In this document: piece after piece, positions 31,350 to 44,957 of the stretch
Position numbering within the stretch: the first letter of the stretch is position 1
Layout of the letters: every line of letters begins with the position of its first letter
NCBI GenBank assembly: GCA_964016885.1
Contig: OZ024754.1
Coordinates: forward strand, 33,542,001 to 33,606,000
Length of the DNA: 64,000 nt
From: Eledone cirrhosa
Taxonomy: Eukaryota
Direction of reading: 5' to 3'
Translations under genes and position numbers: made by a program
Notes under the pieces: generated by a model
Databases searched by the model: none
What the model saw: only the letters and a program-made list of their open reading frames with translations
What the model was told of the DNA's origin: nothing

Positions 31350-31800
31350 GAATAAGAGTAAGCTGGAATAAGTTTAGAGAGCTGTTACTGATGTTGTTAA
31401 CAAAGAGCTTTTCCCTCAGAATGAAGAGTAGATTGTGTGTGAACTGCAATGCTACATGACAGTGAAACATAGGCCTTGAGTGTAGAAGAGATGCGGAGGC
31501 TAAAAATAAATAAATCAAGAATGCTGCAAAGGATATGCAATGTGAGTGTGTATGAGTGACATAGGATAAGTAAACTGAGGAAAAAAACTTGGCATAAGAG
31601 GAATTGGATGTAGTATGCAAGAGAGAAGACTGCATTGATATGGATATGTGATGTGTAAGGAGAGTGACAGCTGCATAGAGAAGTGCAAGTGACTCAGAGT
31701 AGAGGAAAACCTGTGGAAGAGAAGGACTGGGGAAAACATGGGATGATGTGATGAAGAGTGATCTCATGAAGCTGAATCACATAGAGGAGATGACACAGGA
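31350..31800 (+). mobile_element. Decayed RTE-like LINE 3' fragment
   Basis: WNKFRELL...RMLQRICNVS...RRLH(stop)YGYVM, resembling the RTE C-terminal WxGHV region. Confidence 0.7.
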
Positions 31801-32077
31801 TCATGTTGATTTGTGATTTGTGAGCAGGTGTGTAGGGAGGATGATTGTGTTGAGGTTGAGTTATATAGGAAGTTTGTAAAGTGTTAGGGTTGGTGTCACA
31901 ATAAAATTCCCCACAGTGCCAATGTCACACTAAAATGTACCCAATACATGCTATAAAGTGGTTAGGAAGAGCATCCAGCCATAGAAGCCATGACGAACTG
32001 GAATGTGTGAGTGGGACATCATCATACAACCTGACAACCCATCCAACCCCCTACTAGAATAGAAAACTGACTTAAAA

Positions 32078-32815
32078 TGGTGGTGGTGGTGGTGGTGGTG
32101 GTGGTGGTGGTGATGATGGCAATGACAATGGTGATGATGATGATGATGATGATGACAATGATGACAATGGTGATGATGATGATGATGATGATGACAATGA
32201 TGACAATGACGATAACAATGATGATGACAATGATGACAATGATGACAATGATGACCATGACAATGATGATGATGATGATGATGATGGCAATGATGATGAC
32301 AATGATGATGATGACAATGATGATGATGATGGCAATGATGATGACAATGACAATGATGATGACAATGATGACAATGACAATGATGACAATGATGATGACA
32401 ATGATGACCATGACAATGATGATGATGACAATGATGACAATGACAATGACCATGACAATAATGACAATGACAATCATGACAATGACAATGACAATGATGA
32501 TGACAATGATGTCAATGACAATGACAATGATGATGACAATGATGACCATGACAATGATGATGATGACAATGATGACCATGACAATGATGATGATGACAAT
32601 GATGACCATGACAATGATAATGACAATGATGACAATGATGACAATGATGACAATGACAATGATGACAATGACAATGATGATGACAATGATGACAATGACA
32701 ATGATGACCATGACAATGATGATGATGACAATGATGACAATGACAATGATGACAATGACAATGATGACAATGACAATGATGATGACAATGATGACAATGA
32801 CAATGATGATGACAA
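32078..32815. repeat. (ATG/ACA) trinucleotide-derived repeat
   Basis: Direct reading. Confidence 0.95.
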
Positions 32816-33095
32816 TAATACATCATCAGGTCTATAAATGTTTATTTCCTTGTATTATTGTTCCATTATTAGTGGGATGATTATTTACAGCATCTAACAA
32901 CACAAATAACAAATAGTGGCAATTAATTTGTTTTATCTTAATTAATAAATAATTTTAACAAAGTAAATTACAAAATATACTTTGTGTTAATTAATAAATA
33001 ATTTTAACAATATAAATAACGAAATATGGAATAGAAAACATTTTTTTTAATGTTTGTTCTCAACAAAATGGTGGTTGACAAGTTGGTTAAGCAAA

Positions 33096-36000
33096 GATAG
33101 AATATGATAGACTATGATAGACTATGATAGAATGTGATAGAATGTGATACAATGTGATAGAATATGATAGAATGTGATAGAATGTGATAGAATGTGATAC
33201 AATGTGATAGAATATGATAGAATATGATAGAATGTGATAGACTATGATAGACTATGATAGAATATGATAGACTATGATAGAGTGTGATAGAATGTGATAG
33301 AATATGATAGAATATGATAGACTATGATAGAATATGATAGAATATGATAGAATATGATAGAATATGATAGAATGTGATAGAATATGATAGAATGTGATAG
33401 AATGTGATAGAATATGATAGAATGTGATAGAATATGATCGACTATGATAGAATGTGATAGAATATGATAGAATATGATAAACTATGATAGAATGTGATAG
33501 AATATGATAGAATGTGATAGAATGTGATAGAATGTGATAGAATGTGATAGAATATGATAGAATGTGATAGAATATGATAGAATGTGATAGAATATGATAG
33601 AATGTGATAGAATGTGATAGAATGTGATAGACTATGATAGACTATAATAGACTATAAGAGACTATGATAGAATGTGATAGAATGTGATAGACTATGATAG
33701 AATGTGATAGAATGTGATAGAATGTGATAGAATGTGATAGAATATGATAGAATGTGATAGACTATGATAGAATGTGATAGACTATGATAGAATGTGAAAG
33801 AATGTGATAGAATGTGATAGAATATGATAGAATGTGATAGAATATGATAGAATGTGATAGAATATGATAGAATATGATAGAATGTGATAGAATATGATAG
33901 AATGTGATAGAATGTGATAGAGTGTAATAGAATGTGATAGAATGTGATAGAATGTGATAGAATATGATAGAATATGATAGAATATGATAGAATGTAATAG
34001 ACTATGATAGAATGTGATAGAATATGATAGAATATGATAGAATATGATAGAATATGATAGAATGTGATAGAATATGATAGAATATGATAGAATGTGATAG
34101 AATGTGGTAGAATGTGGTAGACTATGATAGAATGTGATAGAATATGATAGAATGTGATAGAATATGATAGAATGTGATAGAATATGATATAATGTGATAG
34201 AATGTGATAGGATGTGATAGAGTGTGATAGAATGTGATAGAATATGATAGACTATGATAGAATGTGATAGAATGTGATAGAATGTGATAGAATATGATAG
34301 AATGTGATAGACTATGATAGAATGTGATAGAATGTGGTAGAATATGATAGAATGTGATAGAATGTGATAGAATATGATAGAATATGATAGAATGTGATAG
34401 AATATGATAGAATATGATAGACTATGATAGAATGTGATAGAATGTGATAGAATGTGATAGGGTGTGATAGAATGTGATAGAATGTGATAGAATGTGATAG
34501 AATATGATAGAATATGATAGACTATGATAGACTGTGATAGAATGTGATAGAATGTGATAGAATGTGATAGAATGTGATAGAATGTGATAGAATATGAAAG
34601 ACTGTGATAGAATGTGATATAATATGATAGAATGTGATAGAATGTGATAGAATATGATAGAATGTGATAGAGTGTGATAGAATGTGATAGAATATGATAG
34701 AATGTGATAGATTGTGATAGAATATGATAGAATGTGATAGAATGTGATAGAATATGATAGACTATGATAGAATGTGATAGAATATGATAGAATATGATAG
34801 AATGTGATAGAATATGATAGACTATGATAGAATGTGATAGAATGTGATAGAATATGATAGAATGTGATAGAATGTGATAGAATGTGATAGAATATGAAAG
34901 ACTGTGATAGAATGTGATATAATATGATAGAATGTGATAGAATGTGATAGAATATGATAGAATGTGATAGAGTGTGATAGAATGTGATAGAATATGATAG
35001 AATGTGATAGATTGTGATAGAATATGATAGAATGTGATAGAATGTGATAGAATATGATAGACTATGATAGAATGTGATAGAATATGATAGAATATGATAG
35101 AATGTGATAGAATATGATAGACTATGATAGAATGTGATAGAATGTGATAGAATATGATAGAATGAGATAGAATGTGATAGAATATGATAGAATATGATAG
35201 AATGTGATAGAATATGATAGAATGTGATAGACTATGATAGAATATGATAGACTATGATAGACTGTGATATAATGTGATAGAATGTGATAGAATGTGATAG
35301 AATGTGATAGAATATGACAGACTGTGATAGACTGTGATAGAATGTTATAGAATATGATAGAATGTGATATAATGTGATAGAATATGATAGAATGTGATAG
35401 AGTGAGATAGAATGTGATAGAATATGATAGACTGTGATAGACTGTGATAGAATGTTATAGAATGTGATATAATGTGATAGAATGTGATAGAATATGATAG
35501 ACTGTGATAGAATGTGATAGAATGTGATAGAATATGATAGAATGTGATAGAATGTGATAGAATGTGATAGCATATGATAGAATGTGATAGAATGTGATAG
35601 ACTATGATAGAATAGGATAGACTGTGATAGACTGTGATAGAATATGATAGAATGTGATAGAATGTGATAGAATGTGATAGAATATAATAGACTGTGATAG
35701 ACTGTGATAGAATGTTATAGAATGTGATAGAATATGATAGAATGTGATATAATGTGATATAATGTGATAGAATGTGATAGAATGTGATAGAATATGATAG
35801 AATGTGATTGAATATGATAGAATGTGATAGAATATGATAGACTATGATAGAATATGATAGACTATGATAGACTGTGATAGACTGTGATAGACTGTGATAG
35901 ACTGTGATAGAATGTGATAGAATGTGATAGACTATGATAGACTGTGATAGAATGTGATAGAATGTGATCGAATGTGATAGAATATGATAGAATGTGATAG

Positions 36001-36376
36001 AATGTGATAGAATGTGATAGACTGTGATAGAATGTGATAGAATGTGATAGAATATGATAGAATATGATAGAATGTGATAGAATGTGATCGAATGTGATAG
36101 AATATGATAGAATGTGATAGAATGTGATCGAATGTGATAGAATATGATAGAATGTGATAAAATATGATAGACTGTGATAGAATGTGATAGAATGTGATAG
36201 AATGTGATAGAATGTGATAGAATATGATAGACTATGATAGACTGTGATAGACTGTGATAGACTGTGATAGAATGTGATAGAATGTGATAGAATGTGATAG
36301 AATGTGATAGAATGTGATAGAATGTGATAGAATATGATAGAATGTGATAGAATGTGATAGAATATGATAGAATATG
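33096..36376. repeat. 10-bp satellite (GATAGAATGT)n, ~330 units
   Basis: Strict 10-bp register; variants aatat, actat and actgt. Confidence 0.97.
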
Positions 36377-36530
36377 AAGCAGGTATGAGTGTAACAGACC
36401 AACTCAACACATTTCAGTGAAATTTAAACATATACCAATTTAAACAAAAAAAAAGCAGTTTCTTTTTAACCCTTTAGCATTTACATTACTCTATATTTAC
36501 TATTGTTCGTATTTTTCTGGTAAAGGCGTT

Positions 36531-38930
36531 ATCGTGTAGGAGACACGGTAGAAAGGCCCCCAGTCCACACTGTACAGTGGTCGTGTAGGAGACATGGTAG
36601 AAAGGCTCCCAGTCCACACTGTAAAGTGGTCGTGTAGGAGACACGGTAGAAAGGCTCTCAGTCCACACTGTAAAGTGGTCGTGTAGGAGACATGATAGAA
36701 AGGCCCCCAGTCCATGCTGTACAGTAGTCGTGTAGGAGACATGGTAGAAAGGCCCCCAGTCCATGCTGTACAGTAGTCGTGTAGGAGACATGGTAGAAAG
36801 ACTCCCAGTCCACACTGTAAAGTGGTCGTGTAGGAGACATGGTAGAAAGGCTCCCAGTCCACACTGTAAAGTAGTCGTGTAGGAGACATGGTAGAAAGGC
36901 TCCCAGTCCACACTGTAAAGTGGTCGTGTAGGAGACATGGTAGAAAGGCTCCCAGTCCACACTGTAAAGTGGTCGTGTAGGAGACACAGTAGAAAGGCCC
37001 CCAGTCCACACTGTACAGTGGTCATGTAAGAGACATGGTAGAAAGGCTCCCAGTCCACACTGTAACGTGGTCGTGTAGGAGACACAGTAGAAAGGCCCCC
37101 AGTCCACACTGTACAGTGGTCGTGTAGGAGACATGGTAGAAAGGCTCCCAGTCCACACTGTAAAGTGGTCATGTAGGAGACATGGTAGAAAGGCTCCCAG
37201 TCCACACTGTAAAGTGGTCGTGTAGGAGACACGGTAGAAAGACTCCCAGTCCACACTGTAAAGTGGTCGTGTAGGAGACACGGTAGAAAGGCTCCCAGTC
37301 CACACTGTAATGTGGTCGTGTAGGAGACACGGTAGAAAGGCTCCCAGTCCACACTGTAATGTGGTCGTGTAGGAGACATGGTAGAAAGGCTCCCAGTCCA
37401 CACTGTACAGTGGTCGTATAGGAGACATGGTAGAAAGGCTCCCAGTCCACACTGTAATGTGGTTGTGTAGGAGACATGGTAGAAAGGCTCCCAGTCCACA
37501 CTGTAAAGTGGTCATGTAGGAGACATGGTAGAAAGGCTCCCAGTCCACACTGTAAAGTGGTCGTGTAGGAGACACGGTAGAAAGACTCCCAGTCCACACT
37601 GTAAAGTGGTCGTGTAGGAGACACGGTAGAAAGGCTCCCAGTCCACACTGTAATGTGGTCGTGTAGGAGACACGGTAGAAAGGCTCCCAGTCCACACTGT
37701 AATGTGGTCGTGTAGGAGACATGGTAGAAAGGCTCCCAGTCCACACTGTACAGTGGTCGTATAGGAGACATGGTAGAAAGGCTCCCAGTCCACACTGTAA
37801 TGTGGTTGTGTAGGAGACATGGTAGAAAGGCTCCCAGTTCACACTGTAAAGTGGTCGTGTAGGAGACACGGTAGAAAGGCTCCCAGTCCACACTGTAAAG
37901 TGGTTGTGTAGGAGACATGGTAGAAAGGCTCCCAGTCCACACTGTAAAGTGGTCGTGTAGGAGACACGGTAGAAAGGCTCCCAGTCCACACTGTAATGTG
38001 GTCGTGTAGGAGACACGGTAGAAAGGCTCCCAGTCCACACTGTAATGTGGTCGTGTAGGAGACATGGTAGAAAGGCTCCCAGTCCACACTGTACAGTGGT
38101 CGTATAGGAGACATGGTAGAAAGGCTCCCAGTCCACACTGTAATGTGGTTGTGTAGGAGACATGGTAGAAAGGCTCCCAGTTCACACTGTAAAGTGGTCG
38201 TGTAGGAGACACGGTAGAAAGGCTCCCAGTCCACACTGTAAAGTGGTCGTGTAGGAGATACGGTAAAAAGGTTCCCAGTCCACACTGTAAAGTGGTCGTG
38301 TAGGAGACACGGTAGAAAGGTTCCCAGTCCACACTGTAAAGTGGTCGTGTAGGAGATACGGTAGAAAGGTTCCCAGTCCACACTGTAAAGTGGTCGTGTA
38401 GGAGATACGGTAAAAAGGTTCCCAGTCCACACTGTAAAGTGGTCGTGTAGGAGATACGGTAAAAAGGTTCCCAGTCCACACTGTAAAGTGGTCGTGTAGG
38501 AGATACGGTAGAAAGGTTCCCAGTCCACACTGTAAAGTGGTCGTGTAGGAGACACGGTAGAAAGGTTCCCAGTCCACACTGTAAAGTGGTCGTGTAGGAG
38601 ACACGGTAGAAAGGTTCCCAGTCCACACTGTAAAGTGGTTGTGTAGGAGACACGGTAGAAAGGCTCCCAGTCCACACTGAAAAGTGGTCGTGTAGGAGAC
38701 ACGGTAGAAAGGCTCCCAGTCCACACTGTAAAGTGGTCGTGTAGGAGACACGGTAGAAAGGCTCCCAGTCCACACTGTAAAGTGGTCGTGTAGGAGATAC
38801 GGTAGAAAGGCTCCCAGTCCACACTGTAAAGTCGTCGTGTAGGAGACACGGTAGAAAGGCTCCCAGTCCACACTGTAAAGTGGTCGTGTAGGAGACACGG
38901 TAAAAAGGCTCCCAGTCCACACTGTAAATG
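36531..38930. repeat. 49-bp minisatellite (~49 units) derived from a dispersed SINE-like module
   Basis: Unit cagtccacactgtaaagtggtcgtgtaggagacacggtagaaaggctcc; runs directly into ggttggtgttaggaagggcatccagc...(GAT)n at 38930-39093. Confidence 0.95.
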
Positions 38931-39494
38931 TGGTTGGTGTTAGGAAGGGCATCCAGCCGTAGAAAACTTGCCAGATACAGTCCTATACGGGCAAGACACT
39001 GTCACTCGATCAATCTTGCCTCAAGTGGGACTATTCCAGTCTAACCATGCTAGCGTGGAAGATAGACATTAAACGATGATGATGATGATGATGAATTATT
39101 TCACATAACATCGAATCTACAAGATTTTGATGGTATTTATTTTGAGAACAATACCTTAACATCAGTATGAACAGCCATTTACAGCCAGTTTGAACAGAAA
39201 GAGGTGAGAGAATTATGGTTGGATACAGCTGGTTTAAATGCCAAAGGGTTAAATTTATTCTCAGATACTTCATGGGATTGTGCAATGTAGCTAACCACTT
39301 AAAATTATGAGGCAAAATGTCTTTCCTTGCAAGGACATATTTGAGTTTGTAGTTTATTTACTTGAATACTTAACTATAATATTTGCAATCATTGCTGTTT
39401 GCATAAGTACACTCTGTAAAAATGAGGTGGGAGAAGACTGATTTTATAAACCAGAAATCCATAGAAATGTGCATTTATTGTTATAGATAGCTTT

Positions 39495-39880
39495 GGTAGT
39501 GATTTGGCAGTATCGGTAGAGCGTCAGACACTATGCTTTGCAGCATAGAGTTATGGCCCTTTACATTCTGGGTTCAAATTCCACTGAGGTTAGCTTTGCT
39601 TTCATCCTTATGGGGTCGATAAATAAAGCACCAGTAATGCACTGGGGTAATTGCTGGCCTTGTGCCAAAAGTAGAAACATTAATCCCGCTGAGGTTAACT
39701 TTGCCTTTCATCCTTACGGGGTAGATAAAATAAAGTACCAGTAATGCACTGGGGTAATTGCTGGCCTTGTGCCAAAAGTAGAAACAATTATTATAGATAG
39801 CTTTAGGGTGGTGGATAGGCAGTATTGGTAGAGCATCAGACAACATACTTTGCAGCACAGAGTTACAGCCCTTTACGGCA
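39495..39880 (+). mobile_element. Tandem family A SINE pieces
   Basis: Repeated family A body and head. Confidence 0.8.
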
Positions 39881-39954
39881 TAGTATCTAAATTAGAAATT
39901 ATTACAGATATCTTTCTTCTATTTTACCTGCTTGTACCGTTACATGTATCACAG

Positions 39955-40062
39955 GAACAAACAGCTGACCTTCTGAGGAGAGTCGAATGGCCAGTCTTGG
40001 TGAGAGTTTCCTGGCCTTTATTTAGCCTTGTCACAAGACATTTATCTGCTAAATACATGATG
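39955..40062 (+). CDS. Candidate host exon F (EQTADLLRRVEWPVLVRVSWPLFSLVTRHLSAKYMM)
   Basis: tcacag| acceptor, only one open frame, ATG|GTCAGT donor (alternative GTGAGT at 40079). Confidence 0.5.
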
Positions 40063-40287
40063 GTCAGTCTGTATTGTTGTGAGTTTGTTATGTATGTTAA
40101 AGATTTAGCAGATCTGTGAATCTAGAACAGACATTATTGCAGCCAGTAAAATAAAGGTTTGGAATATTTTCTTTTATGCCTTCTGTGTTGGTTTATTCAC
40201 AAAGAGACAGGTTATATAGATATACTCCCTCTTTAAAACAAAGGTTGACACATCTTCTAACTTTCAATGTGTTTGTTTCTCTTAAAG

Positions 40288-40395
40288 GTTTCAATTACAT
40301 TTGAATAAATCTGCTTTGTTCCGGTCATATGGAAGGCGGAAGCTGCACATAATGAAATGTGAATGGCTTTTCCATGAATCCAGAATATGTGGTCT
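40288..40395 (+). CDS. Candidate host exon G (FQLHLNKSALFRSYGRRKLHIMKCEWLFHESRICG)
   Basis: Pyrimidine tract ending taaag|, CT|GTATGT donor; phase link to exon F unresolved. Confidence 0.3.
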
Positions 40396-43012
40396 GTATG
40401 TCTAGAACATAGAGGAATATATTGGATTGTCAGAAATGTCATTTAAAGCTTTTATCAGCAGCTTCTGCAATATACACAACAGAATCTATCAGCTTTATCC
40501 AAATATATAGAGACACTTTAAGACAAAGATAACACAGCTACATAAACATTTAATATTCAGTTACAGGATCTAAAGGTGTTGAATTGGCAGAGTTGTTAGA
40601 GTTTTTTAATTAAATGTCTCAGCATTTCTTCTGGCTCTCTGTGCACTGAGTTCAAATCCCATCAAGGTACACTTTGCCTTTAATCCTTTTAACATTCATT
40701 TTTCCATGATAGCATCAATAGGACAAGTTGTCCCATTGTGAGACAAGCCAGATCAGATGGCCATGTCTTGCTTATACAGAACTGTTTCTGGCTTGGTTTC
40801 TATAGCTGGATGCCCTCCCTAATGCCAACCACATTTACTGTGTGGAATTGATGCTTTTAATCATGGCACTAGCATGACTGCTTTACAGTGAAGACTGAGC
40901 ACATTTTGTCATGTCACCAAAACGACCCCTTTACGGTGTGGACTGGAGGCTGGGAAGGTTGATAAATAAAGTGCCAGTCCAGTACTTTAATCAATTTTTC
41001 CTTTATATTTCTTTATTACTTTTTCTCTTTCTTTCTCCTTCTCTAAAAGAAATCAACTGTATTCAGACCTGGAGAAAGATGATTTCTACTAAGTTTCAAA
41101 TGCTCAGAATATGCAGTGTATCAATAGCACCTCTATGACTACATAGAGTTAAGGGCCCTTTATTTATTTTTTTAAACAATATTACAGCATCTATAGAACT
41201 AAGATTGTGTAAAGTGTTTAGCTGGAAAATATCATATTTTAATGTAAACCCTTCTTTATGGCTTAGTCAGAGGTTGAAGAGGAGCAGTCATGAAACTTTG
41301 CAGTACCGTTGTATTCAGTCAGAAGAGTTTATTCTCAGACCAGTGACCTCATCCAAATACTTGCTACACAGTAAACTTCACTAAAGATATACAAACAGTA
41401 CCAGATTTATAAATGTGCTAAGTAAGCTGCAGCCAAGGGCATCATAGTCAAAGCTCCCACCCTACCAACTATTTTAAATATATATTAAAATATAGCTAGG
41501 AAACCCTATTATTATTAAATACATTCTGTTCTCTTTGGGTGTCACCTCAGTTTTAGGTGTCAGCATGGATCATCGCTGGTATCTCATCATTGTGCTATAC
41601 ATAGGCCTACTTTTATGTACTTTTAATGTTCATTAAGATTCTTAAAAGCTTGTACTGGAGCCCCCAAATGCTTTTTAGACTAGGGCCTCTAGTTTCTTTA
41701 ATTTGGCCCTGTCTTTGGGTGTCACCTCTGTTTTAAAGGTCTGCATTGATCAAATCTGAAATCTTAGCATTGTTCTAGGTGTAAACTTATATTTATGTTC
41801 TCTTGCCCAAATCCCCTAATTGTTTTAATCTGGCACTGTATGCATGGACCAAAGGGTTGTGTTAAACTGAAAAACTGAAGAACGATATACAATCAACTAA
41901 TGAGAGGAGGTAGTTTTGAAATAGTCTAAACTAGAACAAAACACTACAATAAAAACTGACCAATATCCTATATGTCATCCCTATTTTCTATGAACACAAA
42001 ACACAAGACAATTACTTCATAGCAAAACATATTGAATTATTGCTCCTAATTTTAATATCTTATTTCTGAGTGACAATATTTTAATTTCCTGAGATATAAA
42101 TTCATTTTAGCTTTCAAATTTTATAACATTTTTCTAATATTTATTTCTTTTGATTTGAATTAGATTTTATGAATTTATTTCGTGCTTGTTTTCTAAATAT
42201 GATGTTTCAAATATAGCATGGTACAGACATGTAGTGTTTGTTTTAAATAGAAGACAAAAATATAGAGAATCAAGTGAAGACATTTGATATTTTTCATTAC
42301 AATACTCGAAAAGCAAATAAGAGATACAAGGAAACAAAGGCAAGTATTATTTTAGACATTAGTCCATATTCAACCAGCTCAGACATGCACAATCTCTTCT
42401 TTTATATACTGTTAAGTACACCTCATTCTCCTCAAGGCCACTCCCAGGACTTGCATTTCTACTGAAGAATTATTCCCACCTTCCCAAGTAAACAACAAGC
42501 AGCTGAATGCTAGTTCTCTCATCTTACTCTCATTATTGCTTCCTCAGTCAGGTCAAGGACACATTCAAATGTCCTCATGAGGTAGCACTGGTAACATCAT
42601 AAGATACGCCTAGTCCACTCTGTAAAATGTTGGTGCCACAACAAAGTATGAGCGACCACTTACAGTCGATTTTAACAGAAAGAGGTGAGGGAATTCTGGC
42701 CGGATATGGCCAGTTTAAATGCTAAAGGGTTAATGGAAGTTAATGTTGATATACTAAGGAGATATTTAAAAAAGAATGAGAAGAGTTATTATTATTCATT
42801 ACAGTTACGTCCCTTTACGATCTGAGTTCAAATCCCGCCGAGGTTGACTTTGCCTTTCATCCTTACGGGGTCGATAAAATAAAGTACCAGTAATGCACTG
42901 GGTAATTGCTGGCCTTGTGCCTAAAGTAGAAACAATTATTATTCATTACAGTAGAATAAAGAATGAATATAAATGTGAAAAGAAATACCGTGCAATATTA
43001 ACTCCCTCGAGT

Positions 43013-43424
<412 letters not shown>

Positions 43425-43461
43425 ATTAAATAAATGGAAACTATATTTATAAAACCATATT

Positions 43462-43527
43462 TATTTCATTATATATATTTCAGGGATAACATATTAACAA
43501 TATGCTATGCCTTCCTCAGACAAAATA
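43462..43527 (-). ncRNA. Mirror copy of the hammerhead motif in the 3' pseudo-LTR
   Basis: Reverse complement of 47166-47231. Confidence 0.8.
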
Positions 43528-44957
43528 CAATATAAACAGTTTTATAGATAAATAGATAAATAGATTCGACATACCGTACCAACATCTACTTGCATTTGAG
43601 AAGGTTGATTTGGTTGTGACAAAATTGTACACAGAAAGAAAGAGAGAGAGAAAGAGAGAAAAAGAGAGAAAAAAGAAAGACAGAAAACGAAGAAAAAGAA
43701 AAAGAAGAAATGCATGGAACAAAATAGAGAGATGGAAAGATAGATAAAGAGAAGAACTTCATGTAAAGAAACAGAAAGAGATATATATATAGAGAGAGAG
43801 AGGAAATAGAGATAGATACATATATAGAAAGCTAGGTAGTGGAACGACTGTTGAATAACGTATCAATGATACATTTATTTGTTTATTTATTTATTTAGCT
43901 CTAGTATTAATGTAAGGGAGATATATGGAGGGAAAACCAGCTGTTAAATAGGGAGAGAAAAAATATAGAGAGAGAAAAAAGAGAGAGAGAAAATTCAAAA
44001 ACATCCAGACACAAGCGAGGCGTACAAACCTCTGTTTTAATGTAGAGGTATTAGTAATTACAAAACCAGCCTCTGCATTGTAAATATCAGTATTCCTGAA
44101 TGAGATATGTATCCACAATGTGTGAAAATTAATGATCTTATGTTTAGTTTTTTAAAAAATTCATATGTTTATGTGATAATTACAAACATCTATGTGAATG
44201 TACATGATCAATTCTGCAAACCCTAAGTTCACGGAAAGTATTCTCAATGCGGTATAAAAATTTAAGTATACATATATGTGTATATAGAGTCAATATTACT
44301 ATTTCTGTCTCTACTCTACAAGATTATCTATCAAGCAAAGATAGAGCAGATTTCAATATACTAATAAAAATAAAAATAAAAAATAAAAATATATCGGAAA
44401 CAAAACTAAACTAAAATAACAATAATAATAATAAGTAATAATAAAATAGAAAACTAAGAAATATTATGAAAGAGTATTACATATTAAAAATATTACATAT
44501 TAAAAAAAATTACATATTAAAAAAATTTACATATTAAAAATATTAAAAAATATTAAAAAATATTAAAAATAAAAAATTAGGAAATACTACAGTAATAAAA
44601 TTAAAATAAACCACAAAGATCAACCCTTCAAAATTAATTGACAATATATTGCCAAGTTATTATAAACATCAGAGTCGAAAAACAGATAAAGCCAAAAATT
44701 ATCTATCAAATCGCATCTAGCAAAGATCATTTCAAAAAGTATAGGATGCCCAATTTGGTCTACATGTGTTCTTATATTTAATATAGAAGTTTATCTAGTG
44801 TAACGTTTATTCGAAATATTTGGAGCATCAACTTTTAGGATAGTTTAATTTTTCATGAAGAATGTTTGAATAAATAAAATAAAAATAAAAAGAGTAAAAA
44901 GAGAATCAAAGATTTATCGGCTAGTTTCCCATATAATTATAAATCAAACTAAATATA

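Noticed and set aside
32022-32880. His/Cys-, Met/Thr- and Ser-rich ORFs (also poly-Val at 58833-59501)
   Set aside because: Trinucleotide repeat translations
36486-38952. Long minus-strand ORFs
   Set aside because: Products of the 49-bp tandem array, the same peptide cycling through frames
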